DNA of 64,000 nt, from contig CAWAOD010000015.1 in assembly GCA_963783575.1 (NCBI GenBank), forward strand, positions 64,001 through 128,000, written 5' to 3'. This DNA comes from an uncultured Spirochaetota bacterium. GTDB lineage: Bacteria; Spirochaetota; Brevinematia; Brevinematales; JAOACQ01. Every line of letters begins with the position of its first letter. Position 1 is the stretch's first letter. Below, one piece after another: positions 28,935 to 39,407 of the stretch. The position numbers and the translations under genes are program-made. A model generated the notes under the pieces. That model ran no database searches and was not told the DNA's origin. It saw only the letters and a list, made by a program, of their open reading frames with translations.

Positions 28935-30602
28935 ATGAAGATAAACATTATTATTTCATTTTTAATGTTTTTTATTTTAAGCGCTGCCTTTAACCAGCCA
29001 AAAAATCAGACCTCGATCAATTTGAATATTTATGCGGGATTTGAGGGCAGTATTGTACCGAATAGCTGGAACCCATTAAGAATTACCGCGGAAGGCAGAA
29101 CGGGACAGCTTTCAATTGCGGAACCCCTTTCCGTAGAGATAAGCCATTTTAATGAAGACGGACTGATCCGTTCTGAAGAGTTATTGTCCTTCAATAATGA
29201 AAACAGGCTTGAAAGTTCATTTTTTTCAGACGATTCGAGCTTTAGAATAAAAATCCGGGTTCTTGACGGCAGGAAAATACTTTCCGAACAGGATATAGAT
29301 ACAACGGCAAAGACTTTCCCCGGTAATATTGTTCTTACCTGTAATATTCCTGTTATTGAGCAGAATTCAATTAAGCAGGCATTATATCCTGAAGAACCTG
29401 TTCTGGCAGTTCCAATCGAAATTCACGATTTTCCGGATAATATGATCAATTACGACAGCGTCAGCGCTATTGTTGTCAGAAACCCCGGAGCGGGGTTTTC
29501 AAAGGCACAGATGGAGTCTATAAGGGCATGGCTTTCAGCGGGCGGACACATGGTCATAGAAACTGATGATCCCGGATCTGAAAGTATCATACCTTATGTT
29601 GCGACACTTAATAATATGGCTGTAATCAAAGGCAGGATGACATTTCAATCAGGAAATGGAAGCATTACTCTTATCCAGAATAGCCCAGGGGAAAGCTTGA
29701 CGAAGGAGAATCCCTTGTTCTGGAGGGAATCGCTTTATTTAAAGCCGTACAGGGAAACGGAAAGGATTACGGCCGGTATGTGTTTCCCGGTTGAGAAGGA
29801 TTATCGTTTAAAACAAAACCCGGGTTTCTTTTTGAGGAATGTTATGATATTATTCCTGGTTTGGTCATCAATACTTATTTTTATCATCTTTTTTTTCAGA
29901 AAAAATCTATGGATATTCCTGGCCGGATATACTGTAATTTCAGCGTTATTATCGCTTCCTGCCTCGGAATATATTGGTAGGGACTGGCAAAGGGGCGCGT
30001 CGGTAATGACCAGAGCCGTCATTCTTCCGGGTATGACAGGAATTCTTCTGAATACTGTAATCAGCGCAAAACCGACCGGAGCTTGGCTTTTTCAGGAAGC
30101 CGTGGTTTCTCCCTGGACTATTAAAGCCGGCATCGATGATCCGGGTATCGGTTCAGCATCAAGCTTGATTCATGGCTCTGGAAATGCCATATGGCGCCGT
30201 AATTCAGGAATCATGCTTTACACGATAAGGGCCGGGGATTCAAATTATCTGAACCTTGCCGGATATCTGCCTATCACAAATGATCTTAATGAAACCGGAG
30301 ATAATAACGGTGTTATCGATATAATTATACAAAAGGAATTTCCAACCGTATTATTAAAAAATCATACATTCTGGTCTGAATACACAAATTCCGGGGGTAA
30401 TACCGAATGGCGGGAAGATCCGGAACTACCGGATTGGTTAAAAGATCAGAAAACCTGGCTTTCAGCTATTCAGGATAGTTTTTCGGGGACAAGCTGGCTT
30501 GTAGGACGTGGAAAACTTGCATCCCTGAAATTAAAAATTATGGATAAATTGAATAATGAGATTTGCTGGATAATGCCTTTAAAGGAGGAAATAAAGAAAT
30601 GA
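28935..30602 (+). CDS. Membrane protein with GATase-like (DUF4350-type) domain, MoxR operon accessory
   Basis: Signal peptide, W.PLRI, YDSVSAIV, QMESIRAWLSAGGHMVI, two TM helices. Confidence 0.7.
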   Translation: MKINIIISFLMFFILSAAFNQPKNQTSINLNIYAGFEGSIVPNSWNPLRITAEGRTGQLSIAEPLSVEISHFNEDGLIRSEELLSFNNENRLESSFFSDDSSFRIKIRVLDGRKILSEQDIDTTAKTFPGNIVLTCNIPVIEQNSIKQALYPEEPVLAVPIEIHDFPDNMINYDSVSAIVVRNPGAGFSKAQMESIRAWLSAGGHMVIETDDPGSESIIPYVATLNNMAVIKGRMTFQSGNGSITLIQNSPGESLTKENPLFWRESLYLKPYRETERITAGMCFPVEKDYRLKQNPGFFLRNVMILFLVWSSILIFIIFFFRKNLWIFLAGYTVISALLSLPASEYIGRDWQRGASVMTRAVILPGMTGILLNTVISAKPTGAWLFQEAVVSPWTIKAGIDDPGIGSASSLIHGSGNAIWRRNSGIMLYTIRAGDSNYLNLAGYLPITNDLNETGDNNGVIDIIIQKEFPTVLLKNHTFWSEYTNSGGNTEWREDPELPDWLKDQKTWLSAIQDSFSGTSWLVGRGKLASLKLKIMDKLNNEICWIMPLKEEIKK

Positions 30603-31336
30603 CTCCCGTTTTTATTTCTGAACTTAAAGAATGGCTGGAAAATTACAGCCGGTATACCCTAACCGGGATTTCTGCCGTTATTGCTTTTTCTGCTGTTATC
30701 TACACGGGAAGGCCGGAATCCTGCCTTACTGTTTTATTCATATGTTTTGTAATTATGGGTTATCAGACCGGCAGGGAAAAATGGCATAAAGTTAAACTTG
30801 AGGAATGGCTTTCCGGAATTAAATTATCAATTTTACCTGTTATTACAGGAAAAATAGCCGGAATCATTGTTATCGGTTTAATCCATATAATTGTTTTACT
30901 GCCACTATGGTTGTTTATGCATGTAGTCTGGGGGATTAAATTAGTTTCTTTTATTATGATTTTTCCCGCTTTATTATCAGGATTGGCGGCCTCAGCATGC
31001 CTGACTTTATCAGGCGATATGCTTTCTCATATAAATGAAGACAGCCTGATATATGAAAAAGACTCATTCATGAGACGTTTCCTGATCGCACTATGGCTGA
31101 TACTTACAGTGATTGTACCGGTATTCAGGCCTGCCTGCCCATTATTTCAGATTATGAATTTTTCTTTGAGAAAAGATTATATAAATAACCTTATAAGTCT
31201 TACGGCTGGTTTCGGAGTCTCGATCCTCTTTTTCTTTATTACGGTACTTATTTTTCATATAAAGGATACATCTGTAAAACCTTCTGCAGCCATTGATCAG
31301 AAAACGATCGATGATTATTATAAAGACTTAACTTAG
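30599..31336 (+). CDS. Integral membrane protein, ABC-2 permease-like
   Basis: ~6 TM helices; GREK...LE.W, VITGK motif; AAGGAGG RBS; ATGA coupling. Confidence 0.6.
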   Translation: MTPVFISELKEWLENYSRYTLTGISAVIAFSAVIYTGRPESCLTVLFICFVIMGYQTGREKWHKVKLEEWLSGIKLSILPVITGKIAGIIVIGLIHIIVLLPLWLFMHVVWGIKLVSFIMIFPALLSGLAASACLTLSGDMLSHINEDSLIYEKDSFMRRFLIALWLILTVIVPVFRPACPLFQIMNFSLRKDYINNLISLTAGFGVSILFFFITVLIFHIKDTSVKPSAAIDQKTIDDYYKDLT

Positions 31337-31370
31337 TCGCTAGTCATTGGTCATTAGTTGCTAGCGACTA
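31334..31370. repeat. Five degenerate tandem heptamers forming a hairpin
   Basis: TAGTCGC TAGTCAT TGGTCAT TAGTTGC TAGCGAC; ends TAGTCGCTAG/CTAGCGACTA are a perfect 10-bp inverted repeat. Confidence 0.7.
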
Positions 31371-31385
31371 TCCCCTGGAGGCGAA

Positions 31386-32753
31386 ATGGGAAAGGATATT
31401 ATTGACCGGTTTTTGAATGAAGGAAAATTCCGATTAAACCTCATCTTTTTTGCCGATTATATTTTAAGAGCGATATTTTTTACCGGGTTATCATCCGGTA
31501 TTATAATCATTATGCTTCGATTATTCGGTTTCCCGGATATTAATATCTCAGCCTGGTGGATAATTTTAACAGCGGGATGCCTGACGGGATTTATAACCGC
31601 TTTAAGAGGAAAAATAGGCATTGACTATACAGCCAGGTGGATTGACAGAAGCTTAAATACAAATGACGCCTTCTCATCATATTTGACCTGCCGCAACCGT
31701 AAATATTCTGGACTTCCCGATCCGGCGGTCTGGGAAAGAGCGGCTTCGATTCTGGCTCAAAACAAAAAAATAAAATGGCCTTATTATAATATGATTCGTT
31801 GGATTTGGATATCCGGAGGGTCGCTCATATTAACCGGGCTTCTTCTTGGCTTCTGGTATCCCGATATGAAGAGCGGTTTTACCAGGCAAACAATTGTTAA
31901 TGTAAGAATCAATCAGGAAAATAAGCCTCAAAATAATAAAAAGTCCGTTACTTTAAGCCCTCAGACACAAAAAAATATAGCCGGGATGATTTTCCCCAAA
32001 AACTCAAAAATGGCGGCAATGTTCCAGAAAGCTCTTCAAACCGGCGATATTGAAACAATTGAAAAGCTTCTTGCCGGGGTTAAGGGAGAACTGGAAAAAG
32101 ATATTTCAAAGGCTTCTACCCCGGAAGAAAGGGCAATTATTGAGCAGAAACAGCAGCAGCAGAATTTTTTAACAAAGATGATCTACAGCGCATATGATGA
32201 TAAAGGCGGTGAGAAATCCGGAAAAACGGAAAACCAGGGCAATGGAAGCGAAGAAAAACCGGGAGATAAAAATCTGGATGAGAAGGGAAGCCAAAAAAGC
32301 GGGCCTTTAAATAAAACGGGACAAAAAGACGATTCGCAAAACCCGGGAGAAAACCAATCACAGCAGGAAGGCGGTAATTCAACCGGAAAAGAAGAGCCTG
32401 ATCAGTCAGGCACGGATACCGGCGGCAGGCCCGGCGGCGGAGATTACGGTGAAGGTTTGAAAGCTGGTACGGGCACCGGTAACAATAAACCGGGCTTTAA
32501 GGATGAAAAAGACAATACAAAACGGGGAAAATTAATGCTGGGCAAGCGTGAAGGAAGTCCGGTAATGGAATATATAAATCCCGGTAATGGCTCCGCAATT
32601 CCTTTATCAAAAATCCTGCCTGATGCTAAAAAATCTGCTGAAACGGCAATGAGCCGTGATGATATCCCCGGCGAGTATGAGGATTTTGTGGGATCATATT
32701 TTATGGAATTAACAAAAGAGATGTCCGATACATCGAAGGAGGGAAAAAAATGA
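31386..32753 (+). CDS. Membrane-anchored coiled-coil/low-complexity protein of MoxR-vWA operons
   Basis: Three TMs, [12 protein letters not shown]-rich tail, terminal [14 protein letters not shown] motif. Confidence 0.75.
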   Translation: MGKDIIDRFLNEGKFRLNLIFFADYILRAIFFTGLSSGIIIIMLRLFGFPDINISAWWIILTAGCLTGFITALRGKIGIDYTARWIDRSLNTNDAFSSYLTCRNRKYSGLPDPAVWERAASILAQNKKIKWPYYNMIRWIWISGGSLILTGLLLGFWYPDMKSGFTRQTIVNVRINQENKPQNNKKSVTLSPQTQKNIAGMIFPKNSKMAAMFQKALQTGDIETIEKLLAGVKGELEKDISKASTPEERAIIEQKQQQQNFLTKMIYSAYDDKGGEKSGKTENQGNGSEEKPGDKNLDEKGSQKSGPLNKTGQKDDSQNPGENQSQQEGGNSTGKEEPDQSGTDTGGRPGGGDYGEGLKAGTGTGNNKPGFKDEKDNTKRGKLMLGKREGSPVMEYINPGNGSAIPLSKILPDAKKSAETAMSRDDIPGEYEDFVGSYFMELTKEMSDTSKEGKK

Positions 32754-33784
32754 TCGAACAAAGTAAAGAATCAAAGGAATACCTGGATAAAGTCAGGGAA
32801 AACCTGGAAAAATTCAAACTGGTTCGTGAACAGATTGAAAAAGTTATTGTAGGGCAGAGGGAGATCATCGATCTGACGCTTGTTGCATTTCTATGCGAGG
32901 GGCATTTATTGCTGGAAGGCGTTCCCGGGCTTGGTAAGACAATTCTTGTTAAGACTCTTGCCGATTCTCTGAATCTCCAGTTTTCACGAATACAGTTTAC
33001 GCCTGATCTTATGCCCGCCGATGTTACTGGAACCGGAATTGCTGCGCAGAATAAGCGCGGTGATTTTGACCTTAAATTTGAGAAAGGCCCTGTTTTTGCG
33101 AACCTGATTCTGGCCGATGAAATAAACCGGGCTTCTCCTAAAACCCAATCCTCCCTGCTTGAGGCCATGCAGGAGAAAACGGTAACCGTGAGGGGCGAAA
33201 AGCATTTATTGCCCGATCCGTTCATGGTGCTCGCAACACAGAACCCGCTTGAAATGGAAGGTACATATCCACTCCCGGAAGCTCAGCTTGACAGGTTCTT
33301 CTTCAAACTGCTCATACATCACCCGTCCGAAAAAGAGCTTATGGAGATTATGGAAAGAACTGTGGGAACCGAAAGTCCTCATGCTCATCCTGTAATGGAA
33401 AAAGATGATATTATGACCCTGCAGAAATCAGTAAGAGAGGTAGTTGCTCCGGCTCTTGTTATAAATTACGCCGCAAGAATGGTTCTGGCAACTCAGCCCG
33501 AAAACGAATACGCCGGTGAAAAGGTTAAAAAATATATCCGTTATGGCGCCGGTCCCCGCGGTGTTCAGGCGCTTATTCTTGCATCAAAGGCGCAGGCGCT
33601 TATTAAGGGACGATTCAATATAAGCATCGATGATATACAAAATCTGGCATACCCCTCACTGAGACACAGGATTGCCTTGAACTTTGACGGCCAGAGTGAA
33701 GGAATTGGAATTGATGAAATATTAAACGATGTTATAATGAACCTCCCTGTGGAAGTTAAAATACAGGAATTTTTGAAAGTTTAA
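32750..33784 (+). CDS. moxR: MoxR family AAA+ ATPase
   Basis: [69 protein letters not shown]. Confidence 0.97.
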   Translation: MIEQSKESKEYLDKVRENLEKFKLVREQIEKVIVGQREIIDLTLVAFLCEGHLLLEGVPGLGKTILVKTLADSLNLQFSRIQFTPDLMPADVTGTGIAAQNKRGDFDLKFEKGPVFANLILADEINRASPKTQSSLLEAMQEKTVTVRGEKHLLPDPFMVLATQNPLEMEGTYPLPEAQLDRFFFKLLIHHPSEKELMEIMERTVGTESPHAHPVMEKDDIMTLQKSVREVVAPALVINYAARMVLATQPENEYAGEKVKKYIRYGAGPRGVQALILASKAQALIKGRFNISIDDIQNLAYPSLRHRIALNFDGQSEGIGIDEILNDVIMNLPVEVKIQEFLKV

Positions 33785-33804
33785 AAGGGTATAAGGATTT
33801 TATA

Positions 33805-34680
33805 ATGGAGAAAATTCTTGACGCGAAAGATCTTGAATTAATAAGGCAATTAAGCATTAACGCAAAGCGGAGAATAGTGGGGCTGGCAACCGGTGAACAG
33901 AGAAGCCTTGTACGCGGAAGCGGCATTGAATTCGCCGATTACAGGGAGTACCAGCCGGGCGATGACATCCGGCAGGTCGACTGGGCGGTATTTCTTCGAT
34001 TGCGAAGGCTTCTTGTAAAACTTTGCGCCGAGGAGAAAGAGCTTACCCTGATGATACTTCTCGACACCAGCCGTTCCATGTGCTTCGGACAGCCCGAAAA
34101 GTTTGTCCAGGCCAGGAAGATTGCCGCGATTCTGGCAGGCATAGCGCTTTACGAGGGAAACCGGGCAGGAATTCTCACAATGGGCCGGAACCTTTTAGAA
34201 ATTGTGAGGCCGGAAAGGAGCAGGACATCGCTTGCGAGGATAGTCAATTCCATTTCATCCGTAATCCCTCAGGAAAAAGTTCATGCGGTTGAATGCCTGC
34301 GTCAGTTCGCGGCAAAATACAGCCATAAATGCCTTACGGTTCTGATATCCGATCTCCTGTTTACCGAGTGGTCCAATGTCATTTCGGGGCTTTCCGCAAG
34401 CGGATGTGAAGGATATGTACTGCACATTCTTGCGCCCGAGGAACTTGACCCGCCGTATCTCGGCGAAGTAACGCTGGTTGATGTTGAAAGTATGGAAGAA
34501 GTCCCTCTGCATATCCAGGAAGAAGGAAATACGCTTTACAGGGCAGAACTTGAAACATATCTTAAGGATGTCGGCTATGAATGCAGAAGGCGGAGGCTTG
34601 GATACAGTCTAATTCAAACCGGTGTTCCTATCGACCGCCTGTTTCAACATGATCTTAGAAAGGAAGGATTATTATGCTGA
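33805..34680 (+). CDS. DUF58 domain protein
   Basis: GSGIEFADYREYQPGDDIRQVDW, LLDTSRSM, LISDL. Confidence 0.95.
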   Translation: MEKILDAKDLELIRQLSINAKRRIVGLATGEQRSLVRGSGIEFADYREYQPGDDIRQVDWAVFLRLRRLLVKLCAEEKELTLMILLDTSRSMCFGQPEKFVQARKIAAILAGIALYEGNRAGILTMGRNLLEIVRPERSRTSLARIVNSISSVIPQEKVHAVECLRQFAAKYSHKCLTVLISDLLFTEWSNVISGLSASGCEGYVLHILAPEELDPPYLGEVTLVDVESMEEVPLHIQEEGNTLYRAELETYLKDVGYECRRRRLGYSLIQTGVPIDRLFQHDLRKEGLLC

Positions 34681-36575
34681 ACTGGGCATTTCCAGGAGCC
34701 TTATGGCTGCTTTTATCCGTTATTCCGATTGCGCTGTTCTATTTTTTAAGGATGCGCTTCAAAAGACAGCCTGTATCATCGATTTACATCTGGAGCAGGC
34801 TGAGAAAAGATAATCAGACCGGAAGCAGGCTGCGCTTAAGATCAATACTGCTGCTTTTGCTTCAGGTATTAACTGCGGTGACAATCGCAGCAACGGTTGC
34901 TCAGCCTTTCTGGGAAGGCTTGAAGCCTCAAATACCGGGAGAGTTATTTTTAATTGACGCATCAGCCAGTATGTCTGCTGCTGATATAATGACTAAATCC
35001 GGAGTCAGTATAAGCAGATGGGATTCAGCTTGCAAAATCCTTGAAGATGAACTGAAAAATCTTCCCGGGGGAACCGAAATAGCCTTATTCATATGCTCAT
35101 CTGACGCGGAAAAGATCGCCGGACCGACAATGAATCATGCCTCAGTAATAAAAAATATTCTGACACGAAAACCTTCCGGTTCGGGATTTAAGGAAACTGA
35201 AGTTGCGAAAAGTCTTGAAGCCTGGCTGACAGCACAAAACCGCACTTGGAATGCCTGCCTGATCTCCGACGGAGGGCTTGATCTTGGGGGTGAAAAGCTG
35301 TCATTATTATTTAACGGTAATTTTAAATATATCCCTGTAGGATCAAAAGGTGATGACCTTGGATTAACAGGTTTGCGTTTTCAAAATGACGGCACTGTAA
35401 TTTTTACTGCGTATAACGGTTATTCTACCGGAAAGACCGCGGAAATCGCTCTGGAAAGGGAAGGAATTCCATTTTACACTATGACTGCCGGGATACAACC
35501 GGGGAAAAGAAATTTTTCAATTCAGATCCCCGGGGATATAAAAAACGGTGTTTATACTGTGCGTCTGATTGGCGCAAATGACAATTTCCCCCAGGACGAC
35601 AATTATACTTATGTTAAGAATCCGGAATACCCGGTTCAGGTTCTTCTTGCAGGGCCCGATAACCCTTTTCTAAATGCAGCTTTAAACCATAAAGAAATTA
35701 AATTAACGCATATTAAAGATTTCACTTATGAAAATTCAGACCCAAAAAGCTGGGATCTTACGATAGCGGACCGTACGGCAATACCTGTAAAATGGAACGG
35801 CAATCTCCTCTGTTTCAATGTATTGCCTAAAGGCGCCCCGGTTTATTTCAATGTGCAGGTTGAAGGATATGCAGTTCCTGAAAATTCAACTCACCCTCTG
35901 CTGCGCTTCGCGGATATAGGCAACTGGTATATCGCATCCGGGAATTCTTTTAAGGCTGGCCAGGACATCCAGGTATTGGCAAGAGTGGGAGGAAAACCAG
36001 TCCTGGCCGTCTGGGAAACCAACGGAAGCCATATAGCTGTGATCGGAACAGATCTTACCGAATCTGATATCGGGCTGTCTGCCGGGTTTCCGGTTTTTCT
36101 TCAGAATATATTGAAATGGTGCGTTCCGCAGTTTGGCAATGATCTTACATATACAATGACTGCGGGAGATATTCTTTTTTTAAAAGCAGGTCCCGGATGG
36201 AAAATTAAAAATACAGATATTTCAGGTTTCAATGTAGACCGTAACGGTTCAATGATGATTTTCAAACCTCGTAATTCCGGTATATTTTCATGGGAAGACG
36301 GGGAAAGAAAAGGCTCCATAGCTGTAAATATTCCGTCTGGTGAAATGGATCTCACACCGAGGTCAGTACAGGCTTTAATTTCAGGCAGCCGGACAGTTTC
36401 AAAAAATGTTGAACAAAAAGTACCGCTTTCCGGATGGATTATATCGGTATTATTAGTTCTTTTAATCACAGAATGGTTTATCTGGCGGGGTTTTATACGG
36501 TTCAAAACCGTGTCAAAAAGCCAGCCCAGTGCCCGGCTAGGGGATATTCAATTTAAACCGCTTAAAAAGAGGTAG
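34674..36575 (+). CDS. BatA N-terminal + vWA domain membrane protein
   Basis: BatA-type N-terminus (P..LWLL..IP..LFY, VSS..W, AQP), MIDAS DASASM, ISDG, C-terminal LLITEW. Confidence 0.9.
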   Translation: MLNWAFPGALWLLLSVIPIALFYFLRMRFKRQPVSSIYIWSRLRKDNQTGSRLRLRSILLLLLQVLTAVTIAATVAQPFWEGLKPQIPGELFLIDASASMSAADIMTKSGVSISRWDSACKILEDELKNLPGGTEIALFICSSDAEKIAGPTMNHASVIKNILTRKPSGSGFKETEVAKSLEAWLTAQNRTWNACLISDGGLDLGGEKLSLLFNGNFKYIPVGSKGDDLGLTGLRFQNDGTVIFTAYNGYSTGKTAEIALEREGIPFYTMTAGIQPGKRNFSIQIPGDIKNGVYTVRLIGANDNFPQDDNYTYVKNPEYPVQVLLAGPDNPFLNAALNHKEIKLTHIKDFTYENSDPKSWDLTIADRTAIPVKWNGNLLCFNVLPKGAPVYFNVQVEGYAVPENSTHPLLRFADIGNWYIASGNSFKAGQDIQVLARVGGKPVLAVWETNGSHIAVIGTDLTESDIGLSAGFPVFLQNILKWCVPQFGNDLTYTMTAGDILFLKAGPGWKIKNTDISGFNVDRNGSMMIFKPRNSGIFSWEDGERKGSIAVNIPSGEMDLTPRSVQALISGSRTVSKNVEQKVPLSGWIISVLLVLLITEWFIWRGFIRFKTVSKSQPSARLGDIQFKPLKKR

Positions 36576-36578
36576 TGT

Positions 36579-39407
36579 ATGTGGTTTACCAGCCCAATAT
36601 GGCTTTTAGCTTTACTAATAATCATTCCACTTTTGTTTTCAGGAAATATTTTGATAAAAAAACGCAATAATAAGAGCCTGCTTTACGGAGGGAATTTTTC
36701 AAAGAATTCTGCGGAAATTCAAATTAAAAGGCTGACAATACTCCGCACGGTTGTGATTGTATTAGTTATATTTGCATTAGCCGGAGCTTCCGCCCTTCTG
36801 CCGACAAAAAGCAGGAAAATAGCGTTATTAATAGATGTTTCAGACAGTGTTGGTACGGCGCAGGTTGAAAAAGCCAAGCAGGAACTGCGGAAGAGGATAC
36901 ATGACCTGAATCGTCAGGATAGGGTCACTTTGATAGCATTCGCGGGGCATCCGCGGGTCGTATTTCCTTTTTCAGCGCCGGATGAGGCTTCCCTCCTTCT
37001 TGATTCGGCATCCCTGGAAGCTCCTGATAAATCTGAAACAGATCTGGATAGTGCAATTTTAACCGCATCAGGAATGCTAAGCGGCAGTTTCGGCAATAAA
37101 AGTATTTTTTTATTTTCCGACGGCCGTCCGACGGAAGGCGGTTCGATAGATCAGGCTTTAAGAAAAATTTCCGGGGTACAGATTTATACTATTCCAATTG
37201 GACTGGCCGATGAAGGTATGTTCTCAAAAGCCGTTAAATTGCCTGAAACAGCCCATCTTGGAGAGAAAAGCGAAGCTGTATGGAGTATGGTTTCAACAAC
37301 CGATCAAAAAGTGAGTGTTATTGTAAAAGAGAACGGCAGAATATTACAGAAAAAAAATGTTGAAATAAAAAAGGGATTAAATCGGGTGCCTGTAATTTTC
37401 AATGCCGATAGAACGGGAAACAGGCGCATTGATTTTGAGCTTGCCGATGAAGGAGGCCGTTCTATACCCGGTATGGAGTCTTCCGGCCTGATTAATGTCG
37501 AAGGTAAAGCCTCAATTCTGTTGATCCATGGAAAAATCTTAAACCCGGCTTTACCAGATGCATTGAGATTGCAGAACATCGATGTTCAAATTGAGGATAG
37601 CCGTGGGATTATTGAAGAAACCGGATCATTAAATGCATACTCAGCAGTGGTTCTTGACGATGTACCTGCGGCTTTTCTTTCAGAAAAACAGCAGGAAGTT
37701 TTACGCAGTTATGTTGCCGGGGGAGGAGGGCTTTTTGTAATCGGCGGAAATTCCTCACTCGGAAGGGGAGAATATTTCAATAGTGACCTGGGAGAACTCC
37801 TCCCTGTAAGCACCGACACAAGGCAAAGGTTTATATTTAACAGGGCTGAGATAATTTTTGTTCTTGACCATTCCGGATCAATGTCTGAAAAAGTCGGAAA
37901 TACTACAAAATATGCAGCGACTTTAAGCGGAGTAGCCGCGGCTGTAAAAAAACTTAATCCTAACGACCAGGTAGCCATTATTGCTTTTGACGATCAGGTT
38001 AACTGGGTATTGCCTCTAACTCCAGCCGGAAAACTCAATGAAATCCTGAAGGCGCTTTCTCGTATCGTTCAGGGTGGCGGAACCGATATGGGCAAGGCTT
38101 TTGAATCTGTAATTGGGCTTTTCCCAACTCAGGAACCTGTACTTCGGCATATGATTGTTATAACCGATGGCGAAACAATCGAAGCCGATTTTCAAAGTTT
38201 GAGCAGGAAGCTTCGGGACAGCGGCTTTTCAATAACGACAATCGGTATCGGTAATGAGATTAACGAAACCCTTCTGCAGAATATAGCAGTCTGGGGTAAG
38301 GGCAAATTCTACAAGGTCAGCGCGGAAAAAATTCCACACATTATCGAAAATGAAACCGTTCGAGCCACAAGGGAATTGATCCAGGAGGGAAAATTCACCC
38401 CATCGGTAAAAACACAGGCAGGTTTTATAAGCGGTTTCTACCGGGGCGTGCCTCCTATTAAAGGATATCTGTTAACAAGGCCGAAAAGCCTTGCTACTGT
38501 TTATCTTGAAGCCGGAGACGACGATCCTCTCCTGGCTTCCTGGCGCTACGGCAACGGTAAAACTGCAGTATTTACAGCGGATTCAGGTTCCAGATGGCTT
38601 TCCGGGTGGCTGGGGAAGGAATATTATAATTACTTATTCAGTCAGACAATCCGGTATATTGAACGGGGAACTTCGGATAAAGGCCTTAGAGTATCGGCAA
38701 CAGTTGAAGCATCGACCGCTCATCTTGTTGTAAACGCAATTGATAAGGACAGACGCCTGCGTACAGGCCTGCAATTAACCGGCCGTTCTTCAGAAGGAGC
38801 AGGATATGTTTTTCTTTTTAATGAAACGGCTCCCGGAAGGTATGAAGCGGATGTCCCGGTAACAAACACAGGTTTATACGTTTTTGATATACATGAAAAC
38901 GGCGGTGAAAAATGGACCACAGGCTGGGTATGGAACCCCTATGGAAAAGAATTCGGTTCAACAGGCCCTGATCTTCCGTCACTTTCCAGAATTTCTTCGC
39001 AAACTGGCGGAAAAACCCTGTCTCTCAAGCGAATAATTTTTCCCGCTGCCGGATGGGGTTTTGAACCGGCATCACTGCAAAACATTTTATTGATCCTGGC
39101 TCTCATTTCATTTGTGATAGAGCTGTTTTTGAGAAGTACTTCTATGAACCAGATAAAAATGGCAAAGGCAGTAATCTCGGTCTGGTGGTCAATTAAAGCT
39201 GCAATTATACATAAGGCTTATACCGTTAGTGAAATGAGTGAAGGCGAGAGGGCAAAACTAGGTAAAACGATAGAACTGGAAAGAGAGCAGGCCGAATTGA
39301 AGAAAACCAGGGAGGCTTTCAGGTATCTTGCGCAGCGATCTCATAGCGTACAGCGATCACAAAATACAAAAAGTCCACAAGACAATACTATATCTCAAGA
39401 CAAATAA
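36579..39407 (+). CDS. Dual vWA + glutamine amidotransferase-like membrane protein
   Basis: DVSDSV and DHSGSM MIDAS motifs, YSAVVLDDVPA, GGGLFVIGG, DPLLASWRYGNGK, ETAPGRYE. Confidence 0.9.
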   Translation: MWFTSPIWLLALLIIIPLLFSGNILIKKRNNKSLLYGGNFSKNSAEIQIKRLTILRTVVIVLVIFALAGASALLPTKSRKIALLIDVSDSVGTAQVEKAKQELRKRIHDLNRQDRVTLIAFAGHPRVVFPFSAPDEASLLLDSASLEAPDKSETDLDSAILTASGMLSGSFGNKSIFLFSDGRPTEGGSIDQALRKISGVQIYTIPIGLADEGMFSKAVKLPETAHLGEKSEAVWSMVSTTDQKVSVIVKENGRILQKKNVEIKKGLNRVPVIFNADRTGNRRIDFELADEGGRSIPGMESSGLINVEGKASILLIHGKILNPALPDALRLQNIDVQIEDSRGIIEETGSLNAYSAVVLDDVPAAFLSEKQQEVLRSYVAGGGGLFVIGGNSSLGRGEYFNSDLGELLPVSTDTRQRFIFNRAEIIFVLDHSGSMSEKVGNTTKYAATLSGVAAAVKKLNPNDQVAIIAFDDQVNWVLPLTPAGKLNEILKALSRIVQGGGTDMGKAFESVIGLFPTQEPVLRHMIVITDGETIEADFQSLSRKLRDSGFSITTIGIGNEINETLLQNIAVWGKGKFYKVSAEKIPHIIENETVRATRELIQEGKFTPSVKTQAGFISGFYRGVPPIKGYLLTRPKSLATVYLEAGDDDPLLASWRYGNGKTAVFTADSGSRWLSGWLGKEYYNYLFSQTIRYIERGTSDKGLRVSATVEASTAHLVVNAIDKDRRLRTGLQLTGRSSEGAGYVFLFNETAPGRYEADVPVTNTGLYVFDIHENGGEKWTTGWVWNPYGKEFGSTGPDLPSLSRISSQTGGKTLSLKRIIFPAAGWGFEPASLQNILLILALISFVIELFLRSTSMNQIKMAKAVISVWWSIKAAIIHKAYTVSEMSEGERAKLGKTIELEREQAELKKTREAFRYLAQRSHSVQRSQNTKSPQDNTISQDK

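Noticed and set aside
39333..39380. Short 18-nt-period repeat (CAGCGATC) at the end of the vWA gene
   Set aside because: Two degenerate copies in a disordered tail; low information
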